Shown: positions 35,077 through 45,273, counted from the first letter of the stretch. The stretch: DNA of 47,003 nucleotides from Candidatus Micrarchaeaceae archaeon (GCA_038877255.1 JAVYWZ010000003.1:1-47003); one strand, 5' to 3'. Notes: generated by a model from the letters alone, not told the origin. A program made the numbers and translations.

Positions 35077-36399
35077 ATGATAAAAATAGGCTCAAAGATA
35101 AAGCAGGTAATAGAGCGCGACAGGCGCGTTATTTTTTCAACAACAAGGCAGGAATACCCTTTTGTGCCCGAAAAGACCGATGGCGAAATCGTCTATGACA
35201 TAGAAGGAAACAGGTTCATAGACTTCACAAGTTTCATCTCCGTATACAACTTTGGCAGCGAGGGCCTTGGGCTTGCGAGGCGCGCAATACACGCACAAGT
35301 AGACAAGCTGATGCACGCCGCATTTCTTGACTTTTACTCGCCGCTGCCTGTAAATGCAGCAGAGAAGCTTGTAAGCCTTCTGCCAAAAGGCTTTGGTCGT
35401 GTATTCTTTTCCAATTCAGGAACAGAAGCTAATGAAGACGCAATAAAGCTGGCAAAGTTATTCACAAAAAGGCAGTATATTTTAGGTTTCTACAATTCCT
35501 TTCACGGCAGGTCTCAAGGGCCTCTGGGAATTACCTCGAGCAGGTCAATCCAGCGCGATCACTTCGGACCATTTCCAAATACTATACACGCAATATACCC
35601 ATATCCTTACAGGTGCGCGTTCCATTCTGCTAATTCAGAGGAATGCGCCAATGACTGCCTCAATTTCATAGAAGAATTTGTTTTCAGGAAGCTTGTTTCG
35701 CCTGAGGAAATAGCTGGTATCTTGTTTGAACCAGTGCAGGGCGAGGGCGGCTATATAGTGCCTCCAAAAGAATTTATCGTTGGGTTGAGAAAGCTTGCCT
35801 ATGAGAACAATATACTGCTTATCGATGACGAGGTGCAGGCAGGAATCATGCGAACCGGCAGGTTCGTGGCGCTTGACAATTTCGGCGTTTCAGCTGATAT
35901 TTACACATTTGCAAAGGCGCTTGGCGGAGGCTTGCCGCTAGGTGCCACAGTAGCAAGGCGCTCTTTAGGAGATACGCCGGAAGGCTCCCATGCAGGAACA
36001 TTTGGTGGGAACCTTGCTGCAATCGCAGCTTCAGACGCGCTGCTTGATTATATAAAAGCAAACAAGCAGAAGCTTGAGGGCATGGTTAGAGAAAAAGGGT
36101 CAAGAATAATGAAGAGGCTGAAGGAGCTGGAAACTGATTATGAAATAATAGGCGAGGCCAGAGGCATCGGCATGATGCTTGCGATAGAGCTTGTAAAAGA
36201 TAAAAGCTCAAAGGAGCCCGCGCATAAAGAAAGAAACGAAATAATAAAAAATTGCTTCATGAACGGCTTGGTATTGCTGCCTGCTGGCGTTTCTTCGATA
36301 AGAATAATACCGCCTATAACTATGTCAAATGAGAACATAGAGAAAGGAATCAGTATATTGGAAAGCGCAGTGAAGAGCGTAGCAAGCAAAATGCGATGA
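35077..36399 (+). CDS. Class III PLP aminotransferase (ornithine/acetylornithine/GABA type)
   Basis: FSNSGTEANE, FHGRS, EPVQGEGGY, DDEVQAG..RTG, AKALGGGLPLG and HAGTFGGN motifs. Confidence 0.93.
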   Translation: MIKIGSKIKQVIERDRRVIFSTTRQEYPFVPEKTDGEIVYDIEGNRFIDFTSFISVYNFGSEGLGLARRAIHAQVDKLMHAAFLDFYSPLPVNAAEKLVSLLPKGFGRVFFSNSGTEANEDAIKLAKLFTKRQYILGFYNSFHGRSQGPLGITSSRSIQRDHFGPFPNTIHAIYPYPYRCAFHSANSEECANDCLNFIEEFVFRKLVSPEEIAGILFEPVQGEGGYIVPPKEFIVGLRKLAYENNILLIDDEVQAGIMRTGRFVALDNFGVSADIYTFAKALGGGLPLGATVARRSLGDTPEGSHAGTFGGNLAAIAASDALLDYIKANKQKLEGMVREKGSRIMKRLKELETDYEIIGEARGIGMMLAIELVKDKSSKEPAHKERNEIIKNCFMNGLVLLPAGVSSIRIIPPITMSNENIEKGISILESAVKSVASKMR

Positions 36400-36420
36400 C
36401 TGCTTGCAGCACTGTTTGCG

Positions 36421-36470
36421 TTCGCTCTTCTTTTTTCTTTTCTTCTCCTCTTCTCTTCTTCTTGCTGTTT
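36421..36470 (+). terminator. Long pyrimidine tract between convergent genes
   Basis: TTCGCTCTTCTTTTTTCTTTTCTTCTCCTCTTCTCTTCTTCTTGCTGTTT, consistent with archaeal U-rich termination of the + strand transcript. Confidence 0.55.
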
Positions 36471-39400
36471 TTAGGCAAACTTGCTTAGGTCGAACTGGCC
36501 TTTTGGAATTTCCTGCTTTGCATGGAGCTGAAGCTTGCTTTGCTGTTCTTCAGGAGCTGTTACGCTGCCGAATACGCTGATTATCTCTTCCTTGAGCAGC
36601 TGGAGCCTCTGCTTGGTGTATGTGTCGAGATTGTACCTGTCTGCCAATTCTATCGCTATGTTGAGATATTTCTCTATGCCTCCTTTTGAAATTGTAAGCA
36701 GCAGCCTGCCTCCGTCTTTTGGGCATTTGCCTATAAGTGGCATGCGCCTGTATTTTGCGTTGCACGTTACGCACCTGAATCTCTGCTTAGAAAAAGAATG
36801 AAGGTTGCCCATAAGGTCCGGTATAAAATGACTCAGTATCAACCTCTTTGCAGTGTCGCGCTTGTCAAGCGAATACAGCATGTCAAGCAGCCTGAACTCT
36901 TCAGAGATTTTTTCCCGCATGGTCTTTAGGAGCACATACTTGCTCCTTTTTGGCGATTCCTCTATGGCTTTTGCCGTGCTTAGGTGCGTAAATCCTATGC
37001 CATAATAAGCAGTTTCAGTGCCAAGCCTTGATTCAACCAGGTCAAGCTTTACCTCACCAGGCGGAGCTTTTGCAAATGTCTTTTCATAAAATTCAAGCGG
37101 GTAGTGAGTAACCGCTTCCATTGAATGCACTTCATCATCCACTTCTTCGGGCACAACTTTCGTAGTTAGCAGCAGGGGCGCATCCATACTGCCGCCTACT
37201 GACGCAGGCAGGTACTTCCTTGAGAAATTGAGCAGCGCGTCAAGCAACAGCATTGTTGTATCTTCATCGCCATCTGTGTTTCTTCTTCTTGCTGATATGG
37301 TATATGGATGCGCGAAGCCCACGTTGGCATCGCTTATTCCTATTACCCTGTTTAGCACTGCGCATGAGGTGTGTGGCGAAAGCGTGATGACAAAATTGCC
37401 TATAATATCTTCAGGCTTTTCTGCGTTATAGAATCTAGCCATGCCGTAGTATTTTTCAAGCAAATCGTCAATAAACTGCGCTACTCGGAGGAAGTATTCA
37501 GCGCCTCGCCTGTTGAGTATTACATCTTGATGTTTCAGCTCTACTAATTGGTCAGCGCTCTCTAATGGCCTATTCTCATAATCTGTGGCGTAGCCAAGCC
37601 TTTTCAGCGTCTCTATATCAGTTCCAATCTCTATCGGGTAGAAATGCGTAATAGGCGCATCAGTAGCGTCAAATCTCGTTGTGCCATCTTTGTAAACATA
37701 AATGTTGTGCATGGCGCGCAGAATGCCTTTCTCTATAGGCTCAGCTATCTTATTCTTGTTTATTAATCCCTTTACTCCTTTGACAACGTCTGGAATTTTG
37801 TTTAGACCGAGCCTTTTCACTGCTCCACTAACTGCTTTGTCTATATCTATTTCTATGTCGCCGTAAGCTTTGCCATCTTCTCCAGGCTCTATGCGCGCTG
37901 GCCTTCCGCAGTCATAGCAGTAAGGCGTGCCTATTACCCTGTTGCACACATCGCATTTATAACGGGCTATTTCCACTGTTATGTTCTGCTTGCTGAATTT
38001 GCTCGCTTCTTTTGCATACGCATTGCTAATGTTTCTATCGCGGCCGCCATACATGCTTATCGGAAACAAAGCATTCGGCGCCGCTTGCATCATTCGCTCC
38101 CTTGCTTTCTCCGGCCTGCCCACTCTTGCGCCTATGAATGTCGAGCGCTTGGCGAGCTTTATTCCCGAAACTGCGTTTACGATTTCCAGGGCAGATTGCG
38201 CTTTTTCGAGCGCCTTGTCAAAATTTTCAAGCGCGTTATCTGCTTTTGATTCTTTATCGGAGAAAAAGCCCAGGCAGACGAGCAGGCTTTTTGCATACTG
38301 TTGTTCTATTACTATTTCTCCAGAGTCAAGCACATGGGGCACATTAAGCCTTTCTAAAATGTCTTTTATCTCTTGCGTATTTGCTAATCGCATCTCTTTT
38401 ATGTCATTCAGGCTCTTTGCTTTTATGCACTGCGAGGCGCTTATAGAAGCAGCGAGGTTCCTTAGCTCTTGCATTGTAACGGCTTGAAACTCAAACAGAT
38501 ATTTGGGGTGCATTGGAACATCATATTTAAGCGAGAGCGCATACGCATCTTCAAAGCTAATGTCTTGCATAGGGGCATCAAAGCCCTTGCTAAGCAACTG
38601 CGCGCGCCACAATTCCTCTACGTAGCTGCTTGGCGCGAGCGGCGTGTTGCTTTTCTTGAAGTCGCCGAATGTTATGAGTATGTCGCCTACAGAGATTATC
38701 GCCTCTACGTCATTTTTAAGGCGCTCTGCTTCTTTTGCTGTATTTATGCGGAGCGCTTCTCCGCTCTTCAGCCTTACAAAAGGCCCCTCTATGGTGTCTA
38801 CGGGCATTGCGACACAGCCCTTGCCAGGCAGCTCAACCTTGAGCTGCGTGCCTATGCCTATGAAGCTGTCTAAAATAATCATTGTTGCAGGGCTGAAGCC
38901 CTTTGCAGCTATGCCTGTTAGCCTGCTCCTGCCATAGCGGAGCCTGAAGCCGCCTATGTGGTTTGGATACGCGAGAATTGGCCTTCCTGCAACAAGCTCT
39001 TCGAGGAACGTTTCCTCGTTACTGTCTTGCTGCAGCTGGCCTGGGCTTGCTGGCTTATCTATTTTTATGACCTTGTTGAGCCAGCTCCAATCTAAACCAA
39101 CTTTCTTCGTCTCCCTTAGTGCTGCCTTTGCCTTGAGTATGATGTTGCTAAGAACAAGCGGAACACCGCTCCTTATTCTATTTTCAAGCCTGATTTCTTT
39201 TCCGTCTATTCCTATCCTTGATATGTTTGTGTGCACGTTAACCTCAAGCTGCTCGCTTGCTAAGCCGTCTACGCACACAGGGCAGCTCTCAAGAATGGAC
39301 CTCAAATCCTCTTCGCTAGGCATGTACTGCAGTCTGAGTATGTCTGCGTTGTAAATTTCCACCTCTTCTATGTATCGTTCAATCTCGTCCTGCGTTGCCT

Positions 39401-39917
39401 TGTACGCGCCTATATTGAAAAATTGCCTTGCATAATCTGCCAAAGCAACAGAAAGCGCCGCGGCAGTGCCGCCTGCGCCTCTTATGGGCCCGGCGTAAAC
39501 AACTGAAATGTAATCGGAGTTGTCAGCATTTCTGTAATGGCCTATGCCCTGAACGCCTTCTGTAGGAGCTACAAGAACGCCCTCGGTAAGTATTGCTAGG
39601 CCCACGCGCACAGCAAGGAGTATGCGCTTTATCGTATCGCTGTTTTCAAACGCTTCATTTGTGCATATTTCTTTTACCATTTCAAAAGCAAGCTCGCTCC
39701 TGCTCCTGCCTGCAATTTTGCTCCTTATGAGTCTGCCTAAATTATTCAAGCCTATAAGGCCTTCTACCCTGCCTGCAATGTCAGGCGCAGGCGTTATCTC
39801 TACATTATTTTCAGCGTCATAGCCCTTTGAGCGTGCTTCTTTCGCAAGCGCGTATTCTTTGTTGAACTTGCTTTCCAGCTCTGCAAAATATTCTGAAATT
39901 GTCACAAAACCATCCAT
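36471..39917 (-). CDS. polC: DNA polymerase D large subunit DP2
   Basis: YAGPIRGAGGT, GGFRLRYGRSR, IGARVGRPEKA, KDGTTRFD, RRNTDGDED catalytic motif and a C-terminal PIP-like QFDLSKF. No intein. Confidence 0.97.
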   Translation of the reverse strand: MDGFVTISEYFAELESKFNKEYALAKEARSKGYDAENNVEITPAPDIAGRVEGLIGLNNLGRLIRSKIAGRSRSELAFEMVKEICTNEAFENSDTIKRILLAVRVGLAILTEGVLVAPTEGVQGIGHYRNADNSDYISVVYAGPIRGAGGTAAALSVALADYARQFFNIGAYKATQDEIERYIEEVEIYNADILRLQYMPSEEDLRSILESCPVCVDGLASEQLEVNVHTNISRIGIDGKEIRLENRIRSGVPLVLSNIILKAKAALRETKKVGLDWSWLNKVIKIDKPASPGQLQQDSNEETFLEELVAGRPILAYPNHIGGFRLRYGRSRLTGIAAKGFSPATMIILDSFIGIGTQLKVELPGKGCVAMPVDTIEGPFVRLKSGEALRINTAKEAERLKNDVEAIISVGDILITFGDFKKSNTPLAPSSYVEELWRAQLLSKGFDAPMQDISFEDAYALSLKYDVPMHPKYLFEFQAVTMQELRNLAASISASQCIKAKSLNDIKEMRLANTQEIKDILERLNVPHVLDSGEIVIEQQYAKSLLVCLGFFSDKESKADNALENFDKALEKAQSALEIVNAVSGIKLAKRSTFIGARVGRPEKARERMMQAAPNALFPISMYGGRDRNISNAYAKEASKFSKQNITVEIARYKCDVCNRVIGTPYCYDCGRPARIEPGEDGKAYGDIEIDIDKAVSGAVKRLGLNKIPDVVKGVKGLINKNKIAEPIEKGILRAMHNIYVYKDGTTRFDATDAPITHFYPIEIGTDIETLKRLGYATDYENRPLESADQLVELKHQDVILNRRGAEYFLRVAQFIDDLLEKYYGMARFYNAEKPEDIIGNFVITLSPHTSCAVLNRVIGISDANVGFAHPYTISARRRNTDGDEDTTMLLLDALLNFSRKYLPASVGGSMDAPLLLTTKVVPEEVDDEVHSMEAVTHYPLEFYEKTFAKAPPGEVKLDLVESRLGTETAYYGIGFTHLSTAKAIEESPKRSKYVLLKTMREKISEEFRLLDMLYSLDKRDTAKRLILSHFIPDLMGNLHSFSKQRFRCVTCNAKYRRMPLIGKCPKDGGRLLLTISKGGIEKYLNIAIELADRYNLDTYTKQRLQLLKEEIISVFGSVTAPEEQQSKLQLHAKQEIPKGQFDLSKFA

Positions 39918-39940
39918 GCTATTTTTATTTTATTTATATT

Positions 39941-41458
39941 TTACGTTATTTTATTGAAATCAAGAACGTTGAGCCTGCGTGTATTTGTCTCGTATACTGG
40001 CAGAAGCGCCGGTGACGGAATATGCCCTTGTTTTATCTGGAATGATGTGCGTGCCTGCCAAGTGCCGCTGTTAACGAGAAGCGTACCGTGATAATCTACC
40101 GCACCATTCTTGTGTATGTGGCCCATTAGCAAAATATCAGGCACCTCTTCTATAGTAAGTGTGTCATCCTTGCTCGAAACTATTGGGTTCTCTCCGTAAA
40201 TAGAGGACAAGTGCCTGCGCTTTAGAATCTCAACCATTGCTTCCTCGGGCCTTGCGTAGCTGCTTCCTGGCACTGCTCTTATTATTGAATCCAGGGATTC
40301 GCCATGATAAGCAAGCAGGTTTATGTCTTCGAGTTTGAGCAGGCTCGGGTTTGTGATAAGGTGCACGTTGCCCGTATTGTAGCGTGCTAGTTCCCTGTCG
40401 AGCTCAGGCTGTGGGTCTGCGCGCCTTACTGCGTCATGATTTCCAGGAAGCACAAACACCTCTATGTAATCGGGTATGCCTTTCAGCAGTTCAAAGAACA
40501 GCGAATATTGCGCATATATGTCGTTTATGACAAGTTCCTTCTCCTGGCTAGGATACACGCCTATGCCGTCTGCTATGTCGCCGCAAAATACTGCAAACTT
40601 TATCTTGCCAGCAAGCTCCTTTTTATATTCAATTCCGCCGTTGAGCCATCTCAGCATGTTGCTGAACTGCTTTTCGAGAAACAGCTTATGGCCTACGTGT
40701 ACGTCTGAGATCATTGCTATTGCAAAATCATCTTCGCTCTGCTTGCGCGGCCTTACTGGAATATCAGGCCACGAGAACGCGCTTGCAATAAGCAGGCCTT
40801 TCGAGAGCTTGCCCCTAATTAATATTACGTCGTCTCTTGCTATGCGCATTGCCATGTTGTAAAGCGCAGAGGAATCGCCGCTGAACCTGCTAAAAGAGCC
40901 CTCGTGTTTTTTAGGCTTTGCAAAAAGCACATTTATGCTGCCTGTTTGGTCTTCAAGTGTTACAAGCACATGCCCATTCTTAGTAATTTTCTTATCATAT
41001 ACCATGCCTATTGTACTTACTTCTCTTCCAGAAAGATAACTACTAAAATTCTCGATATTTGTTACTGTGAGTTGCCTGCCAGTCGCTATTATTCTTTTGA
41101 GTTTTTCAAACCTATTGTTGAAATGATCTGCAAAGTCATATGGCGAAGAGTTTACAAACTCTATCCTGCTTTCTTCATAAGCATACCTTATGTGCATATC
41201 TTTTGCTATAGGCTTGAAATCCGCATTTTTAACAATCTCTTCGACATTTGTGGGTCTTTTTTCCGCATTCATGTTAGCAAGCACCGATTTGAGCAGCTCT
41301 TTGTCAAGCAATTTTATTCCCTGCGCTCCTTCAAGGTGAGCGCTGATCTCTGAGGCAAGCCTGAACGAATCCACTCCTTTAAGGTCTTCGTTGCTTATGT
41401 CTGCGCTGACTATTACCTTACCCTCAAGCAGCTTCAACAATTCGGCAAGCTCCCCCAT
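39941..41458 (-). CDS. polB: DNA polymerase D small subunit DP1 (proofreading exonuclease)
   Basis: OB fold plus SDVHVG, GDIADGIGVYPSQ, PGNHDA, YHGESLD, RRHL, GHIH and NSGTWQ motifs. Confidence 0.96.
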   Translation of the reverse strand: MGELAELLKLLEGKVIVSADISNEDLKGVDSFRLASEISAHLEGAQGIKLLDKELLKSVLANMNAEKRPTNVEEIVKNADFKPIAKDMHIRYAYEESRIEFVNSSPYDFADHFNNRFEKLKRIIATGRQLTVTNIENFSSYLSGREVSTIGMVYDKKITKNGHVLVTLEDQTGSINVLFAKPKKHEGSFSRFSGDSSALYNMAMRIARDDVILIRGKLSKGLLIASAFSWPDIPVRPRKQSEDDFAIAMISDVHVGHKLFLEKQFSNMLRWLNGGIEYKKELAGKIKFAVFCGDIADGIGVYPSQEKELVINDIYAQYSLFFELLKGIPDYIEVFVLPGNHDAVRRADPQPELDRELARYNTGNVHLITNPSLLKLEDINLLAYHGESLDSIIRAVPGSSYARPEEAMVEILKRRHLSSIYGENPIVSSKDDTLTIEEVPDILLMGHIHKNGAVDYHGTLLVNSGTWQARTSFQIKQGHIPSPALLPVYETNTRRLNVLDFNKIT

Positions 41459-41600
41459 GCTTAGAAATCTTCAATTCATATATAAAAATACAGCATGAAT
41501 TTTTTGTTCTAAAAGTAAAAAGTCAAATCAAAAATTGCGGCAAGCAAACACTCAAAGCAAAAGTTTATGAAAACGTTATGCGTATTGATTCTGTGTTGCG

Positions 41601-42077
41601 ATGAAAGCGCAGAGCGCGATGGAGTACCTGATGACCTACGGCTGGGCCATACTCATAATCGCAGTAGTTCTTGGTGCGTTGTTCAGCCTTGGAGTATTTA
41701 ACGCAGGCAGTTTCCTTGGCTCCCAGTGCCTTCTTCAAGCCGGCTTTTCATGTCCGTCGCTTTCGATGACAACAAGTGGCGTTCTTACAATAAACCTGCT
41801 TCAGGCTACATCGGCGCCAATAAATATAACAGCATACGGCTGCAACACTAACTCTACAATAATACATATGCAAACACCAAACAATCCGCCAAGCAACCAA
41901 ATAACGATGCAGATAGGCTCTAACTACACGTTTTCAGTGCAGTGCTATTCCGGTGCTTCTCTTTTCTCTGGGGGCGTAGGCTCTGACTTTAACGGCTATC
42001 TCATAATAAACTACACTAATTTGATAACGGGCTTTCCTGAAACGCTCGTTGGCAAGCTTTTTGTCAAAATAAGCTAA
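41601..42077 (+). CDS. Type IV pilin-like protein with class III signal peptide
   Basis: MKA|QSAMEYLMTYGWAILIIAVVL (E at +5), paired Cys residues and several N-x-S/T sequons. Confidence 0.85.
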   Translation: MKAQSAMEYLMTYGWAILIIAVVLGALFSLGVFNAGSFLGSQCLLQAGFSCPSLSMTTSGVLTINLLQATSAPINITAYGCNTNSTIIHMQTPNNPPSNQITMQIGSNYTFSVQCYSGASLFSGGVGSDFNGYLIINYTNLITGFPETLVGKLFVKIS

Positions 42078-42272
42078 GGCTAATGGTAACATGCTGCACT
42101 GCCGCTTCTATGCCTGTGTGCGTGCCTACCATCCAAATGGCGTAATGCAAGGCGTTAGCTTCGGCAGCGTGTCGTGATGCGCAGATAACTGCACATTCTT
42201 ATATATCAGTAATGCTGCTTTTGTAAAAGCATTTAATAAATTTTGTTTCAATTTTACATGCGCGGTGGTGTT

Positions 42273-44732
42273 GTGAGCTCAGACGACGAACAGGACGCTT
42301 TTTCTGGCGAGATAAATAGGGAGGCATCTGCTATATTACCTCAAGAAACTCTTGACGCTTTTGACGGTGACGAGATACGCGCGCGCGTTTTTTATGAAAA
42401 ATATGCACTAAAAGATGCTGCGGGCAATGCGCTTGAGAAAACGCCAATGGAGATGTGGCAGCGCATTGCAAAGGCCATTTCAGACACCGAAAAAGATGAG
42501 CAAACAAAGAAAAAGGCATTTGAAGATTTTGTGTGGCTTCTCTCAGATTTCCGTTTTGTGCCTGGCGGCAGGATCTTGTTTGGTGCAGGCCAAACCCTAA
42601 GAAAGGTCACTCTGATAAACTGCTATGTAATAGCAGTGAGAGACGATTCAATCGAAGGCATTTTCGATTGGTGCAAAGAGGCGGCAAGAACCTATTCATA
42701 TGGCGGCGGTGTTGGCACTGATATAAGTGTGCTGCGGCCTAAAGGCGCTCCTGTTCATAACGCCGCATTGCTTTCTACAGGCTCCGTTTCATTCATGGAA
42801 ATTATGAGCGAGACAACGCACACAATAGGCCAGGCGGGGAGGCGCGGTGCGCTGATGATTACCATACGTGTAGATCATCCAGATATATTTGATTTTATAC
42901 ATGTAAAGCAGAATCTTGACAAGGTGCGCTACGCAAACATAAGCGTGCGCGTAACCGACGAATTCATGCGCGCGGTTGAGAATGACAGCGAAATAACCCT
43001 GTGGTTTGAGAACGATAGGACAGGAAGAATAGAGAGGCGAGTAAGGGCGCGTGACATATGGGATGAACTCACTAAAGCAGCATGGGCATGGGCAGAGCCA
43101 GGAGTAATGTTCTGGGATAATATAACAAGAGAATCGCCAACCGAGTACAACGGAATGAACGTCATCACTACAAATCCATGCGCAGAGCAGCCTCTGCAAA
43201 ACTACGGCGCATGCGATCTCGGCAGTATTAATCTTTCAGCGTTTGTGGTTAACCCATTCTCTGCAAATGCAAAAATAGATATGGAGCTGCTGGAAAAAGC
43301 AACGCGTATAGGCGTGCGCTTTCTTGACGATGTGCTCGAGTACAACATGGACAAGCATCCGTTAAAGGAGCAAACTGAGGCTGCAAGGAATTCAAGGCGC
43401 ATAGGGCTTGGCTTCACTGGCTTAGCAGATATGTTTGCAAAGCTGCGAATAAAATATGATTCTGACGAAGCGCTTGACTTCGCCGACAAGCTGTTCGAGC
43501 AGATAAAGAACTGGGCGTATGATGAAAGCACTGAGCTTGCAAAGGAGAAAGGCGCATTTCCGCTGTTTGACAAGGAGAAGCACCTTTCAAGGCCATTTAT
43601 ACAAAGGCTCAGCTCCAGCGTAAAGGACAAGATAGCAGAATATGGCATTAGGAATGCGGCTGTGCTTACAGCGCCGCCTGTGGGTAGTGGCGCCGTGCTC
43701 GCAGGCACAAGCAGCGGCATTGAGCCTATTTTTGCATTCTCGTACACGCGCAGGTCTGAGTCGCTTAGCAAGACCGAATTTAAGGTTTATCATCCGCTCG
43801 TCAAACAGTACATGAAACTTAACGGCATAGACGATGAGAGCAAGCTGCCTGAATATTTCACAGTAGCATACAAAATAGACCCTATGTTCAGGGTAAGGAT
43901 GCAGGGCACAATACAGAAACACATAGACAGCGGGATTTCATCCACTGTAAATCTTCCTAGGGAAGCGACAGCAGACGAGGTGAGCAAGATTTACATCGAA
44001 GCGTGGAAAGCAGGCTGCAAGAGCATAACAGTGTATAGGGAAGGCTCAAGGCAAGATATTCTAAAGGTGTCTGAAAGCGAAACAGAAAGCAAAACAGAAA
44101 GCGACACGGCAAGCAAAGCGCTGAACAGGGCCGAAACTGAAGTAGCAGCATGGGCGAGGCCCGAAACGATGACAGGCAAAACAGTAAAATTAGTACTTCC
44201 GCAGGGCTCAATTTATGTTACTGTTAATTTTGATAGCAACGGCATGGTAAAGGAAGTGTTTGTGAACATGGGTAGGGCAGGCAGCCAGGAGAAGAGCTAT
44301 TCTGAAGCAATAGGAAGGATAATCAGCAGGTATCTGCAGGCCGGCGGAGACGTCAAGAATATCATAAACAGCATCAAAGGCATACGTGCTAATGATTCAA
44401 TAACGTGGTACAGAGGCATAAAACTGTACAGCGTGCCTGACGCTATAGCAAAAGCCATAGAAGTTGCAATGGGCATATCTGGCATAATCACGAACCCGCT
44501 TGACAGCATGCAGAGCGATGGCAAGCAGCTTCAGGTAAATGCTGAAGAAAAAGAAAAGCAAAACAAGAGTGAGAATGAGCATGAGGAAGACACAATTGCC
44601 GAAGAAGGCGTGCAAGGAGATGAAAACAAAGCCATTAAAGCAGAGATATGCCCAGCGTGCGGTGAACGCACGCTTGTTTATGAGAATGGCTGCTATATCT
44701 GCAAGAACTGCGGCTACACGAAATGCGAATAG
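42273..44732 (+). CDS. nrdJ: Class II (adenosylcobalamin-dependent) ribonucleotide reductase with C-terminal TSCPD/Zn-ribbon region
   Basis: PGGRIL, NCYV, GGGVG, RRGALM, ANISV, TNPCAEQPL, CDLGSINL, ISSTVNLP and a C-terminal CPAC..CKNCGYTKC. GTG start after GGTGGTG is likely. Confidence 0.92.
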   Translation: MSSDDEQDAFSGEINREASAILPQETLDAFDGDEIRARVFYEKYALKDAAGNALEKTPMEMWQRIAKAISDTEKDEQTKKKAFEDFVWLLSDFRFVPGGRILFGAGQTLRKVTLINCYVIAVRDDSIEGIFDWCKEAARTYSYGGGVGTDISVLRPKGAPVHNAALLSTGSVSFMEIMSETTHTIGQAGRRGALMITIRVDHPDIFDFIHVKQNLDKVRYANISVRVTDEFMRAVENDSEITLWFENDRTGRIERRVRARDIWDELTKAAWAWAEPGVMFWDNITRESPTEYNGMNVITTNPCAEQPLQNYGACDLGSINLSAFVVNPFSANAKIDMELLEKATRIGVRFLDDVLEYNMDKHPLKEQTEAARNSRRIGLGFTGLADMFAKLRIKYDSDEALDFADKLFEQIKNWAYDESTELAKEKGAFPLFDKEKHLSRPFIQRLSSSVKDKIAEYGIRNAAVLTAPPVGSGAVLAGTSSGIEPIFAFSYTRRSESLSKTEFKVYHPLVKQYMKLNGIDDESKLPEYFTVAYKIDPMFRVRMQGTIQKHIDSGISSTVNLPREATADEVSKIYIEAWKAGCKSITVYREGSRQDILKVSESETESKTESDTASKALNRAETEVAAWARPETMTGKTVKLVLPQGSIYVTVNFDSNGMVKEVFVNMGRAGSQEKSYSEAIGRIISRYLQAGGDVKNIINSIKGIRANDSITWYRGIKLYSVPDAIAKAIEVAMGISGIITNPLDSMQSDGKQLQVNAEEKEKQNKSENEHEEDTIAEEGVQGDENKAIKAEICPACGERTLVYENGCYICKNCGYTKCE

Positions 44733-45000
44733 GCCATTTCCATAACATGTTGAATTTTTAAATACCTGTTCTTTGAGGTAAAATTAAATTTCTACAACAG
44801 GGGTTACATTCTCTCTTCGACGACAAACCCCTGCAGTAAGCAGGGACAAGGTAATTCAATGAGTATGGCGACCAGCAAAAATAAAATAGTTGAGGTTCTG
44901 GCTGCGTAAGAGTTGTGGCAAAGAGTCACGGGCATACAGCAAAGTATGCCAAACACTACATTGCACTGTCTAGATACGATGTGCATGGGAAATTGTGGAA

Positions 45001-45127
45001 GTGATGTAATTGGTAAATGATAAAAAGTGAGGGATATGTTATGATAGAAAAGTCAACATCCCATAGGTGATGCAATAAGAGACCATAAAAAAGTGAATTG
45101 CATGTTCTGGTATAAAAGTCAACACCC
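45001..45127 (+). repeat. Degenerate ~66-bp tandem duplication ending AAAAGTCAACA(T)CCC (possible stacked IS ends)
   Basis: 45001-45062 and 45067-45127 share GTGATG, ATAAAAA(A)GTGA, ATGTT and AAAAGTCAACA.CCC at the same spacing. Confidence 0.6.
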
Positions 45128-45171
45128 TAATTACGCATAGCAAATATATTTTTATGCAATAAAGTAATATT

Positions 45172-45273
45172 GGGCCCGTAGCTCAGTTTGGATAGAGCGG
45201 CGCCGTCCTAAGGCGAAGGCCGCGGGTTCAAAATAAGCAGCAATTGCTTATGCAAATCCCACCGGGCCCGCCA
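45172..45273 (+). tRNA. tRNA-Arg(CCT) with a 24-nt intron in the T-loop (probably 59/60) and encoded CCA
   Basis: GGGCCCG/CGGGCCC acceptor plus G-CCA; CCT at 45207-45209. Removing 45233-45256 restores GGTTCAAATCC. The intron folds as TAAGCA/TGCTTA. Confidence 0.9.

Noticed and set aside
37260-37300. Intein at the DP2 catalytic motif (or in RNR)
   Set aside because: The motifs are contiguous and protein lengths are normal; no intein blocks are present.
42078-42240. Cobalamin riboswitch upstream of nrdJ
   Set aside because: Only a CTGCCG/CGGCAG pairing is seen. There is no B12 box or GGGAA core, and the likely TATA elements lie downstream of the segment.
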